A stretch of DNA of 64,000 bases from Selaginella moellendorffii (lineage: Eukaryota > Plantae > Lycopodiophyta). The stretch is from contig NW_003314382.1 of NCBI RefSeq assembly GCF_000143415.4, forward strand, positions 212,210 to 276,209, given 5' to 3'. This document shows positions 32,217-44,321 of the stretch, piece by piece. Every line of letters starts with the position of its first letter. Within the stretch, counting starts at the first letter, position 1. Below the pieces are notes generated by a model. The model was not told the origin of the DNA, made no database searches, and saw only the letters and a list, made by a program, of their open reading frames with translations. Position numbers and translations under genes: made by a program.

Positions 32217-33780
32217 ATGGGTGTGCTGCGCCGCCTCATGCATCTCGCCGCGCAGAGGCTCCATCGGCCGGGCAGGAGGAAGCTGGCGCCACTGCCGTCG
32301 CAGATTTCGCCTCCAGTTCCAGGTATGGCCGATCCTTCTCCACAGCGCCAGCATCAGCCAAGAAATCCAAAGAATGTAGCAGCAGCAGCGCCAGAGGAAG
32401 AAGAAGAGGAAGATTATGTCTCATTTGAGGTGGATTGGTCAGTCTTCTCCATGGTGCACATCCAGACGACGATCCAAGAGATGCTCTTCACGCTGGCGGG
32501 GCTGGCCTTGCCCGAGGAGCAGCAGCACAAGCAAGCATTCAGAATCGAGAATGGGAATTGGCGGACCAATCTCGACGTCAAGGAGCTCTATCTCCGCCGG
32601 GAGCTTCGTGACGGCGTGGAGACTGGATTTCTAGTGCGTGGGGTGATCTACGACATGGCGGCTTTGGCCATTCCTCCTCAAGAACGAGGGAAAAGAATCA
32701 AGGAGATGGCGTCCTCTGGATCCAGGGACTGGAGCAATCTCGTTCACGAGAACGTGAACGAGACTGTTGGAAAGGTGGAAGATGTGTCGGCCGAGCAAGT
32801 CATGGAGAAGCTGGGACTGAAATATGTTGGCGCACTCCAGGAGAAGATTGGGAGTGGCAGTGTCTCCTCGGCGGCGGCTTTGAGGAAGAAGAAGCTGCAA
32901 GAGAAGCAGGGCCTGGAAGAGATCCTGGGGAGAGGAGACAGCATACGAGCAAAGTATGCCGAGAGGCTTAGACACAAGCAAGCATTAGCGGATGCAAGAC
33001 AAGAGCAAGCCAAGCTCGGGGTGGTGATCACAACTTCTCCTGGAGAAAAAGATAGCTCTGTGCTACCGGGTTGCCCCGCTCTTATTCGATACCTGGAGGT
33101 TCGTTTTTATCTTTCGGTTCTCTCTTCTATAATCTTTTGTTCTCTATGCTTCCAACTCTTTCCTTTTCCAGGAGCGTGGTGTTTCGCAAGCTCTTTTGGC
33201 TCGTGGCCCAGACGCTGAGCTTAGAAACTTAATGAACCAGTTGGGAGGCTTCCAGTTTGCGGAAGTGAGGAGATTGCAAGAAGAAGTCGTCAGGTACTTT
33301 TCATTTTTCATGAATCACAGTTCCAACCAATGTGACTGTCCAAGCAGCGAAGGAATGCTGGACTCGATATGTACAAAATGGAGGCTACCAGCCAAGCGAG
33401 TCTTGCTGGTAAGTTTTCGTTTTTGCTCTACGCTATTGGGATCTAATTCGGCAAACCAGGTTGTTGGAGCCAATGGTAGTGAAAGCGAGGAGCTGCTCAA
33501 GGTTGCAGCTGACAAAGGCTACTTCGTTTGCCGTGTCCAGAGCACTTCAAACAGCCAAGGCGAGTCGAAAGACTCAAAACCGGAGTCACAGAAACGTTGG
33601 GGCCTAACTTCGTGGTTCAACCATCTTGCCGAGGGGACTCTCCACATCGAAGAGCAGCGGAATCACGAGAAAGACATCGTCCATTTCCGGGTGATGGACA
33701 TGACTGAGCTCAAGTGGGTGATTGAGGACCTCAATGGAGTCTCGTACAGGACAAGCACCATGGTCCGAGGATTCAAGTGA
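32217..33780 (+). CDS. Divergent HAD-like hydrolase-fold protein, multi-exon
   Basis: VRGVIYDMAAL (motif I-like), VLPGCPALIRYLEERG, ICTKWRLPAKRVLLVVG, AADKGYFVCRV resemble the HAD-like hydrolase layout; GT-AG introns. Confidence 0.6.
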
Positions 33781-34539
33781 CAATGCTCTGGAATTCATGG
33801 ATTCTTTAACAACTTCATTTGGATTCTAAAAATATCCTTATGCCATAAAGACTCCAGCATTCTTCTATTGATTGGTGCAATGTGATCTAATATTATTCCA
33901 CATTTTTGTATGAAAAGAATTTTTCATAGTACTTGATGTGTTTAATAAAGTAATATATTTATTTTTTTCTTAAAGGAAAAAAGGACACTAAAAATGATAT
34001 ATGGCAAATATTTAATTCTCATTTTGTGAGTGTATAAAATATAGAAATGAAATAAAAAATGTGCAACCCAAATACCCTAATTTTTATATAAAAGCGAATG
34101 GTCTAAATTGAAATTAATCCAATAGCTATCAAAACCCCTAGTGCACAGTTGTTAATATTAGTATATAGCATTGTAATTGTATATTTAAATTTCCTATCAT
34201 CCTCTTCTTTCGAAAAGAAGAATGGAAGGTAGTTAAAGTTTTTTAGTTGATGGGTTAAGATCTAAAAGAACATAAAAAAAAGGCATTAGTGAATTTGTAA
34301 GTGGTATTAATTGTTCTTGATTCCTTTATACAAAATGTTTCAGCTGTTACACATACACAATTTCTGGACATTAATTTGTTGAACATCATGCCATATGTTA
34401 TAAACTTACAATTTAACTTGCTATAATACCCAATATAGTCCCTTTCATTAAGTAAAGAGCCCTTTAGACAAACTATATATTGTAAGATTGGAAAAATGAC
34501 TAATACTAAGACATCCACTTTATACTCTGTAGGTGGATA

Positions 34540-36993
34540 ATAATGGGAGTTGTAACACCATTATTGTCTTCTTTGTTCGTACAAGTGTAAAAATGCTTGT
34601 CAAATATTGATCCTAAGATCTAGCATTAACAACACATAGCAATCGCAAAAGTAAACTTAACTCCATTGGTAATATCAGATCATAATTATATAAAAGTTTA
34701 TATAGTGAAGCACTAACAAAACTTTGTACCCTTATGACATAAGTATACCAAAGAGATGATAAATAACTATCCCAATTTAAATGCTGAAAGTTCATATACT
34801 TCGTGATCATGCCTTTGAAGGTCCAAACAAGCTATTCCACCAAACCATTTGTTTATGGATAATAAACACTTATGAAAGTGTAACATATTTTTAATTAAGA
34901 TGTTAAATAAATGCAGGACTATTATCCAAAAGAATTTACTCTAAACAGAAATGTTGGAACACCACTTGATTGAAAAGGAAGTATCCAACAACAATTGTAA
35001 ATACACTAGCAAGAGTATGTCATTATTACTTCTCACTACTTGACTCATTAGATGGAAGTTTTGAGCTTTATTAACCTCACCAAGAGAAGGTAAATTTTTC
35101 TCTACACCTTATGATCAACTGGCAATAGTACAAAATCCTCATTTAGAAAATCCATAAATGCTAGAATAATAAGCTTATTTGAAACATGATAAGAGAGTAA
35201 AGAATGAGAAAGGGCATCAGCATTAACTATAAAACTCTTGGGTAATAAACAATTTCAAAATTATATATCTGAAATTTCAAAACCCACCAAACAATATAAC
35301 CAATCAAATTCTTCCACTTTAATAGCGAAATAACTGCTAATAAGATTCAAGAATCATGTAAATATGCATAAAGTTTCTTGAAACCCTAAACTGATGCTAA
35401 ATAATCCTTTATCATGGAATAATTCACCTCCTTTAGTTATAATGTATTGCTAATGTATGCAATGGGATGACACTAACTAAGGACACATTTGGGCTCTCTT
35501 ATATTAACACACCTCCAAAATCGATATTAAAAGCATCTAAATGCAAAATAAAAGGTCAAGTGTAGTTAAGATATGCCAAAATTGGAGAAGTTATTAATTG
35601 CTCTTTGAAATCCATAAATGTTCACTCACAATCCATAAACTAAATGAAAAACAACATTAACAACTTCAACAATGCTCACAATAGTGCAGTATGATAAAAA
35701 AAGATGATTAACGAAATGGTTGAGATATTATACCTTACCTAAAAAGCATTGTAAGTCACGACAAATAAAAACTTTGATTGAATGAGCATCCTTAGTTAGA
35801 ATAGGATAATATATTGCAATCTTGGCCCCAAATGATAGGTCAAATTTGAAAAAATCGACATACTCCATAAGCCGGTCAACTGTTGCAACACGAAGACTAT
35901 TAAAAGAATCTAAAAAGGGAATAGAGGAACAAAATAGAAATAGAGAATGAAATAATAGAGAAATAAAAGTGATAGAAATAGATGTAGAAGCAAAGTGATA
36001 AAAAGAAATATAAGTGAGAGGAATGAAAGAAATATAAGGAAATATGAGATAAATGGGAAAAGTCTCAAAGTCACATTTAGCATGATTGCACCATAACCAA
36101 TTCATATGAAAGATGAGGTCAGAAGCTTAATTTAACACCATTTGTAATGAGTAAAGTTTAAGCTCGAGATTGCCCACATGCATCACTATGTCTGCCTCAT
36201 CCTATGTACATGCGTGTGTATAGCCATTGTTATAAAGAATGAAAGCTAGCTCTGCTACACCAATGTGTGGCAACAGGCCGAGCAATAGAAGATATACATA
36301 AACCTATATCAACAAACACAAAGAGAATAATAGAAGCCTTGTTATTATAAAAACAAACTTAGAAAATAAACCTTAAATGAACTGGTGCCAAATGAACCAC
36401 TTGATGATACTCCTAAAAGAAGGGTCATTGACTTATTCACACAAGAATCCTTCACTACTTGTGTGACTCTTTGTTTCCCAGAAACATCTTAATGTCTAGA
36501 CATTCTATTGCAGCAGCACTAATAAGACATTGTTGACACCAAAGTGTCCACCAAAAAATAGAGGACACTAATTTGGAAAACGTTAATAACATTGATACGT
36601 GTGATCAACCTCATCACACACCCAACAATAGATATCACAGCCATGATTATATCCTCACACTTATCCTTGAACTTGAGCAGTAGTAGCATCAACTTCTATT
36701 GGAATAAGACTATCTCCTACATGAAGTGGAGTTGAAGAACGTGTAGTGAGAAATGCAAGAGGTAATGTTTTATAATGTTGTGTTAGGTGAAGAGCATTGT
36801 CAAGGGTGGCAAAAGAAAGTGCATGCACAAGTCCCATAAGATCTTAACAAAGTGTTGGCCATAACATTCCCCACTTGTTCTGCTATGACATATTTATATA
36901 TACATGAAGTAAGGGGCTCTAGAAAAAAATACCAAATTGCATTATTGACTCAAATGGCCCTCGATGAAGACAATACAATTGTTGGAAGGTATT
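34540..36993 (-). mobile_element. Decayed Ty3/gypsy gag-pol remnant
   Basis: MNWLWCNHAKCDF (protease region), DLQCFLG (RT end), HLDAFNIDFGGVL (RNase H), YYP*TNGLVE (integrase); many stops. Confidence 0.75.
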
Positions 36994-39296
36994 TGTGAAA
37001 CATAAATCCCTAAGCCCCAAAGTGGAGTAGAAAGGGTGCTTCATGGTAGTGGTTGAAGTGGAAGTCTAATAAACATAACATGTTTGGACCAAAGGCTCTA
37101 ACTTAGAATGTTGAGAGTGGGAGTGAAACTCCGAATGAAGTGTTTGAGGGATGAGCATGAAGCAATCAATGAATGAGACTTTAAAAAAAGACACAAACAA
37201 GTGTCATGACATATGAAAGTGTCAAGAATAAGTCTAAAAAAGAGTCCGAGATGGAGTCCAAGATAAAGTCTGATATGGAGTCCAATATAGACCCGAGATG
37301 GACCCGATATAGACCCAAGATGGAGCTCGAGATGGAGTCCAAGATGGACCTAAGATGGAGTTTGAGATGGACCCGAGATGGAGTTTGAGATGGACCCGAG
37401 ATGGAGTTTGAGATGGACTTGAGATGGAGTCCGAAATGGACTTAAGATAGAGTCCGAGATGGACCTAAGATGGAGTCTGAGATGGACCCAAAATGGAGTT
37501 CGAGATGGACCTGAGATGAAGTCTGAGATGGAGTCCAAGATGGACCCGAGATGGAATTTGAGGTTGAGTTTGAGATCAACCTAAGATGGAGTTTAAGGTC
37601 GAGACCAAGACTGAGATGGAGACCAAGACAGGGATGGAGACCGAGACTGAGACCAAGACAGAGTTCAAGACCAAGTTTGAGACCAAGTCCGAGACCAAAT
37701 ATGAATCCAAGTCTAAGTCCGAGGGTGAAAGCCCAAAGCAATTGTTTCCTAGACCCTAGGGTGTTTGGTGAGCTCTAAAAGTATAATAGAAGGAGGATTC
37801 TAGTGAAGCCAATTTGGCTAGGAAAGGTTAGTATGATCAAGGAAGGTTATACCTATGTGTTGGGTGATGGTATATCCATTGAGGAGTCCAAAGCTAAAGT
37901 GAACATAAATAAACAAGTATTTTGGTGAAGTGTTCAAAAGTTGGCCCTAACTCCCTCATGAGATTGAATGGTCAATGCTCCCAATCCAAATGTGGGTAGC
38001 ATTATTTAGCATGGCTCATTAGAATCTCGCTCTAGCCATATGGCTAGGGCACCCAAAGGCAGAAAGTGGGGAGAATACCCATGAGGCTCATATAGAGCTA
38101 TAGTGTTTTGAAATGTTATCCCAAAATCCTAGACTATAGAAAGGAAAAGGAGCAATCTTCTTGTGTAATGACTTGTGTTGTGATTATATCCTTAGTCACT
38201 ATATAAGAGAATTGCTCCTTTTCCTTTCCATAGTTTTGGAACAACTTTCAAAACACCATAACCTTATAGAAGCCTTGTGGGTACTCTCCTCACCTTTTGT
38301 TTTTGGGTACCCTAGCCATGTGGCTAAAGTGAGGTTTTGATGAGCTATGCCAGGTATCCAAGTATGTAGTGCCACCCACACTTGGATTGGGAGCATTGAC
38401 CATTCGATCTTTCGAGGGAGCTAACGCTAACTCTTGAACACTTTACCAAGTTACCCCATTTATCCATCCATATTCACTCTAGCCTTGGACTCCTTAATGG
38501 TTATATCATCACCTACTATATGAATATAACCTTCTTTAGTCACATTAGCCTTTCCTGGCCAAATTGGCTTCACTAAAATCCTCCTCCTCCCCCCCCCAAT
38601 TATACTTTTGGAGCTCATTAAACCACCCAGAGTTTGGGAGATGATTGCTTTGGTCTTTCATCCTCAGACTTAGACTTGGACTCAAACTTGGACTCGAACT
38701 TAGACTCGGACTTGGACTTAGACTCAGACTCGGACTTGGTCTCGGTCTTAGTCTGGGTCTAGGTCTTGGTTTTAGTCTCGGTCTTAGTCTTAATCTTAGT
38801 TTTGGTCTCCATCTCGGTCTCGATCTCTCTCTTAGATCTATCTTAGACTCTATCTCATGTCCATTTTAGACTCCATTTTGGGTCTATCTCAGACTCCATC
38901 TTAGACTTTATCTCACCATCTTGGATCCATATCAAACTCTATCTCGGGTCCATCTTAGGTCTATATTAAGCTCTATCTTAGGTCCATCTCAAGTCCATAT
39001 CGGACTCCATATCAAACTCTTTCTCAGACTCTTTTTTGGACTTATTCTTGATACTTCCATGTGTTATGACACTTGCCAAATATTAGTTATTCTTGTGTCT
39101 CTTTTTAAAGATTCATTTATTGATTTTTTCATACTCATTCCTCAAGCACTTTATTCAGAATTCTATTCCCACTCTCAACTTTCCAAGTTGGAGCTTTTAG
39201 TCTAAATATGTTATGCTTGTTTAACTTCTACTTTAACCACTACCATATGAAACCCTTTTTGCTCCACTTTAGGGGCTTAGGGATTTGTGTTTCACA
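36994..39296. repeat. 2.3 kb imperfect palindrome (arms 36994-38173 and 38194-39296, 20-bp loop)
   Basis: Arms are reverse complements along their length, from TGTGAAACATAAATCCCTAAGCCCC / GGGGCTTAGGGATTTGTGTTTCACA at the outer ends to GGAAAAGGAGCAAT..TGACT / AGTCA..ATTGCTCCTTTTCC at the centre. Confidence 0.93.
37245..37730 (+). repeat. Minisatellite of 6/12-bp units (GAGATGGACCC/GAGATGGAGTC, GAGACC); mirrored at ~38660-39030
   Basis: Dozens of degenerate GAGATGGA(C/G) and GAGACC units. Confidence 0.9.
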
Positions 39297-40199
39297 AGCC
39301 ACTAACCCCTAGTCCCAATTTCAACTCAGTTTGGAAGCATCACTAAAGAGTTTTTTTAAAATTGGGTTCTAAACCTCAATATCTCTATTATAATTTTAAA
39401 ACCTCTATATCCTTAGGATTCCCATGGAAAATTGTTCTATCCTTAAGGTTCCCATGGAAAAACATTGGCTGGATGCAAAGATTGGTAGCAAGAGCAAGAG
39501 GAGCTATACTATACACCATAAATGCCACCTTTAATTGAGTTTGATTATTCAATTGAAACCATATTACATTAAAAATTGTTGCTCTAGCGTCAAAGAAAGG
39601 GGAGGCTATTGCTTTGCTATAAAGATGAACAAAAATAAAAAAAGTAAAATAGAGAAAAATGAAAATCTATAAGAAAAATGAGATTTAGATGATTTAAAAG
39701 CTATATCTACACTAAAAGCATAAATCCAAATAATGCTTAGGGACAATTAAAATTGCCCCTCAACTCCACCAATATGAGTGTATAGAATATGGACATAAAA
39801 TATAGAAATGTGGATATCCAATTATTATACTTATTCTAAATTAAGCCATACTTAAAAAATTAATAATTTTATATTTATTAATAAAATTATGCAACATAAC
39901 CAAATGATGATTTCATGCATATAATATATAGATTCAAGTTTTAGAATTTAATTAATAATTTTATAAATGGACACTAAGTTAAATCATAAATAATATATTA
40001 AAAATGTTAAAAAATTAAAATGAGAATATAACATATATCTAAAGTGAATTAAAATATCAATACTACACAAAAATTTCTCAAGTTACATATATTAGAATTT
40101 TACCTATCTTAGTTGATAAAGTTTTCAATATTAATAAATAATTCTATTTATTATATTTAAAACAAAATTTATCAGTTTATAAGTATCAATTTATAGAAT

Positions 40200-40780
40200 A
40201 CAATTTTTGGTTTGCTTAAGCAAACCTTAAAGGGGAGTGAATGGTAATGAATATACCTAGAATATACATGGATATTTTAGGATATTTACCATCTAACGGT
40301 TGTTATTCATTCATATTAATCTTGCATTTATAAACTCCCTAAACTTTCTAATATATTTTAGTTTTTGGTTGGTTTAAGCAAACTTGTAGAGGACTATGAT
40401 GGTGAATATACCTAGAATATGCTTAGATATTCTAAAATATTCTACCATTTAACAGTTGTTATTCATTTAGATTAATCTTGTACTTATAATTTATAAACAT
40501 GTTTATAATTTATAAACTTTCTTAAGCCCTTTCTAGTATATTCTTTTTTATTCTATCATCTAATGGTTGATATGCAATAAGATTAATCTTGTGTTTATAA
40601 ATTACAAATACTTTTGTAATTATAGCTTTATTTAATCAATTAGATTAATATGTAATAATAAAATTACTATTAAGCAAACACATGCAACGTGTAGCAATTT
40701 AATTTACCATCTAATGGTTGATATTAAATAAGATTAATTTTGTGCTTATAAAATATAAATATATTTATAATTATAAATTT
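40200..40780. repeat. AT-rich degenerate tandem repeat (~110-160 bp unit, about 4 copies), probably TE-derived
   Basis: ACCATCTAA(C/T)GGTTG...ATTAATCTTG..TTATAA recurs at ~40288, 40444, 40556 and 40707; TTAAGCAAAC recurs at ~40216, 40374 and 40670. Confidence 0.65.
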
Positions 40781-40938
40781 CTATTTGTTCTTAGTTGGCC
40801 TATTCTTTTTTTGCCTTTCGCTTTTGCACAGAGGGATGGTAAACACTTAAATGCTCACCAGTGCGAGTGTGTCGCGTGGGTGCATATGAATCGTCCGCAA
40901 AACCTAGGTAGAGGTGGACATCCAGATCCGAGCTAGAA

Positions 40939-42380
40939 ATGAGTGGGGTGGAACTGGCGCTGGCGGAGGAGCGATCGCTCCTTTGCCCCATTCCGCTCAG
41001 CACCGCAGAGGATGGCCGATCGATCGTTCCGGCGGCGGAGGTGAGGCGATGTTTCACGCGGAGAAAGGGCCCCAGGCCGGAGGTCCAGGCCTACACAGTC
41101 CAATGCTCGCGCTGCGGCCAATGGCGGCTGGTGCCCAGCGAGGAGGTCTACGAATCCATCCGGGCGCGGGTGCTGGAGAATCCGTGGGTGTGCGAGGACG
41201 CCAGAATCTGGAGGCCCGATGCGTGTTGCGACATCAAGGGCGACATCCAGCAGGAGGGCGATGATCGATTGTGGGCGCTGGACAAGCCCAATCTGCCCAA
41301 GACGCCCGCCGGCTGGAAGCGCGACTTCGTCATTCGCAGCGAAGGGTGCTCCAGGTTTGGCGACATGTAAGTTTCGTATATCTTCTTTCTCTCTCGATCG
41401 AGCGCCCACTTCTTTTCTTCTTGGTTCCTAGATACTACATTTCTCCTTGCGGGAAGAAGCTGCGCTCCATGGTCGAGGTTGCAAAGTAAGTTTCTTTCTC
41501 GTACCTTATAGCTTAGATTTTCCTTTTCGCTTATAGATTCTATAGCTAGCTTAGATTTCCTTTTCTATAGCTTACTATAAGCAAGCTTAGATTCTATAGC
41601 TAGCTTAGATGTCCTCCAAAACTTGCTAGAGGTGGTAGGCATCCTTTATTCTAGTTCTAGACTAGATTTTGTTACTACTTGTGGCTTAGAACTAACTTCG
41701 AATGTCCTGAACTTATCGGATGTTTACTGTTCTTCCAGGTTCCTTGAAGATCACCCCGAGTACTATGACTTGAGCGTAGACCAGTTTTGTTACACGATAC
41801 CACAACCTGCTGATAAGAGCTACGTCGCAGGCAAGAAACGAGCACGCGATTCTCCTGCCAAGCTAGTGCTCCAGAGATGCGTCAGGCAGTCGAGAAACCG
41901 TGACAGAAGCGCCAGGGGATTGAACAAGAAAAATGGTTCACGAGTGCCGCAGAAAGCTCTCAAACCATCGCTCAAACTTCCACCTCCGGTGCCGCGGGGA
42001 TGGATCCGGGAGATCATTCTTCGTGGCAGCGGAAGCTCCAGGCTATGCGACGTGTAAGCTTTTACCATTTCTTCTCTACCAGATTTTTCGTAACAAGGTT
42101 GTGTTTCGTCACAGATACTATCTCTCTCCATGCCAAGCCAGGATTCGCTCTCTGCCAGACATGAACGAGTAAGCAAGAAGTTTTCTCGAAGCTCTCATCT
42201 CTTTCTACTTTGGCTCTTCTCAGGTTCTTGCACCAGAATCCTTCCTATCTTCATCACGGAGTTCGTCTCGAGCAGTTCGATTTCGGCGCTCCAGCGTCCG
42301 AGAGAGAAATCTTCGAAGTTGGATCGCTCCCTGGCTGTGCAGTGACGAGGGCGATGAAAGGCTCCAACTTAAGGAGCTAG
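40939..42380 (+). CDS. CW-type zinc finger + two methyl-CpG-binding domains (MBD2-like), 5 exons
   Basis: VQCSRCGQWRLVP..YESIR..PWVC..CC (zf-CW); PAGWKRDFVIRSEG..DIYYISPCGKKLRS..FL; second copy PRGWIREIILRGSG..DVYYLSPCQARIRS..FL; stop at 42378-42380 after splicing. Confidence 0.88.
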
Positions 42381-42527
42381 ATTTTGCACAAGAAAACTCG
42401 TCCTCCGTTATAGCGAACTTACGCAAACGCTAGTTGATTTGTGGTGAGATCCCCGAGATTGATCTAAATGTATAGTAGCCGTTAGATCATATAAGAACCC
42501 TAAAACCCCGAATATGCCTCCACTTGA

Positions 42528-44234
42528 ATGTCCCTCCTTCGAGTGCACCTCGATCCAGCGGATTCCTACGCCCAGCTCGTGATCTCCTGCGCCAGGAAGC
42601 GCGATCTCCTCCAAGCCAGGCGCCTCCACTCGCGGCTCCAGGCGATCCATCTTGCCGATGACAGATTCATCGCCAATCTCCTCATCGACATGTATGGCAA
42701 ATGCGGCAGCCCGGACGACGCTCGATCCGTGTTTGCCACCATCCGCCGCCCCAACTCCTTCTCCTGGAACATCTTAATCTCGGCCTACGCCACCAACGGC
42801 CATGCCGATCGCGCGCGCCAGCTCTTCCACGCGATGCCGCTCAAGAACGAGGTCTCCTGGACCACGATCCTCCACTCGCACGCCCAGGACGGCGATCTGG
42901 ATGAAGCGCACGGGGTCTTCCTCCGGATGCCGGGCTGGGACGCGCTCACCATGACCGCCATGGCGGTGGCGTTTGCGCGGAACAGGGATGTGGAGCACGC
43001 CAAGGCGCTGTTCGATGGACTGCCGGAGCGCGACGTGGTGCCGTGGACCGCGATGCTTGTGGCGTATAGCGAGGATGGCGATCTGGATGGCGCGAGGGGC
43101 TTGTTCTTGAGGATGCCAGAGTGGGGGATCGTGCCGTCCAATGCGATGATCTCTACGTTTGGGCAGCAGGGATTGGTGAGGGAATCGAAGATGGTATTTG
43201 ATGCGATGCCTGGGAGGGATGATGTTTCGTGGGGCGCGATGATCAAAGCTTATACCCAGGCTGGGCATTTTGTGGAGGCTGTGAGGATGTTTGAGATTGT
43301 GCCGGAAAGAAGCACTGTCGCGATGACGAGTATGGTGGTTGCTTATGCGGAGAACGATGCTTTGGAAATCAGCAAGGTGATGTTTGATCGCATACCGGAA
43401 AGAGATCCAGTGTCTTGGACAGCGTTGCTCTCAGTAAATGCAACAAACGGGCATCTTGTGGAAGTGATAAACATATTCGATCGCATGCCGAAACGAAGTT
43501 GGAGGTGTTGGCAGACGATGCTTTCGGCCTACTCTGATCACGGAGACTTGGAAAACACAAAACTGACGTTCGCCACCATGCCTTACAGGGGATCAGTGTC
43601 GTGGAACGCGCTGCTCGGAGCGTATGCTCAAACCGGCCATCTTGAGAGCGCCAAGGAGTTCTTTGACAGAATGCCGCAGTGCGACACCGTCTCGTGGACA
43701 ATCGTCTCGGAAGCATACGCTCAGAGGGGACACATCCAAGAATCGAGGTGGTTTTTCGACAACGTCCCGGACAGAGATCTCGTCTCCTGGAACTCGATCA
43801 TGTCGGCCTATGCGAGAAGGGCGCTGTTTCGCGAAGTGATCGAGCTCTTCGCGGCGATGGTGATGGAGGGAGTCGATCCGGATGCGGTGAGCTGCCTGCT
43901 GCTGCTCACGGCTCACAGCCACATCGGCCTGGTGGCCGAAAGCAAGGAGGTATTCCTGTCCATGGCGTCGGACTACTCCGTGGAGTGGGACGCGCAGCAC
44001 TTTCGATGCATGGCGGATGCTCTGGCCAGAGCTGGCCGGCTTCTCGACGCCAAAGAGCTGCTCGAGTCCATGCCGTTTGGCGCCGAGAGCGTGGCGTGGA
44101 CGAGCTTCGTGGGCGCTTGCAAGATCCACGGGAATCTGGAGCTCGCAGCGTTTGGAGTCGAGCAAGCGCAGGACTCCGATTCTCAGGATGGCGCTCCGTA
44201 TGTTTTGCTATCGAATGCGGTCTTGGGCACGTAG
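42528..44234 (+). CDS. PLS-class PPR protein (E domain)
   Basis: 568 aa; LIDMYGKCGS, short-repeat array, HFRCMADALARAG, APYVLLSN. Confidence 0.95.
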   Translation: MSLLRVHLDPADSYAQLVISCARKRDLLQARRLHSRLQAIHLADDRFIANLLIDMYGKCGSPDDARSVFATIRRPNSFSWNILISAYATNGHADRARQLFHAMPLKNEVSWTTILHSHAQDGDLDEAHGVFLRMPGWDALTMTAMAVAFARNRDVEHAKALFDGLPERDVVPWTAMLVAYSEDGDLDGARGLFLRMPEWGIVPSNAMISTFGQQGLVRESKMVFDAMPGRDDVSWGAMIKAYTQAGHFVEAVRMFEIVPERSTVAMTSMVVAYAENDALEISKVMFDRIPERDPVSWTALLSVNATNGHLVEVINIFDRMPKRSWRCWQTMLSAYSDHGDLENTKLTFATMPYRGSVSWNALLGAYAQTGHLESAKEFFDRMPQCDTVSWTIVSEAYAQRGHIQESRWFFDNVPDRDLVSWNSIMSAYARRALFREVIELFAAMVMEGVDPDAVSCLLLLTAHSHIGLVAESKEVFLSMASDYSVEWDAQHFRCMADALARAGRLLDAKELLESMPFGAESVAWTSFVGACKIHGNLELAAFGVEQAQDSDSQDGAPYVLLSNAVLGT

Positions 44235-44321
44235 AAGTTCCATCAAAAAGAGATTTTTTCTCTCTCCCAGATCGTTTTTCTATCCAATGTGGTCGCGGGA
44301 TCGTAGAGGGTGATCGATCTT

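Noticed and set aside
36914-36934. Primer-binding-site-like TGGTAT...AGAGC on the minus strand next to the palindrome
   Set aside because: Interrupted by a T-run, 60 bp from the arm end, and inside sequence that translates as gag-like.
37245-39030. Repeat arrays as a CRISPR array or as repetitive proteins (ORFs rich in LGLGL or RPRPR)
   Set aside because: Units are 6-12 bp with no unique spacers, the context is eukaryotic, and the ORFs are by-products of the minisatellite.
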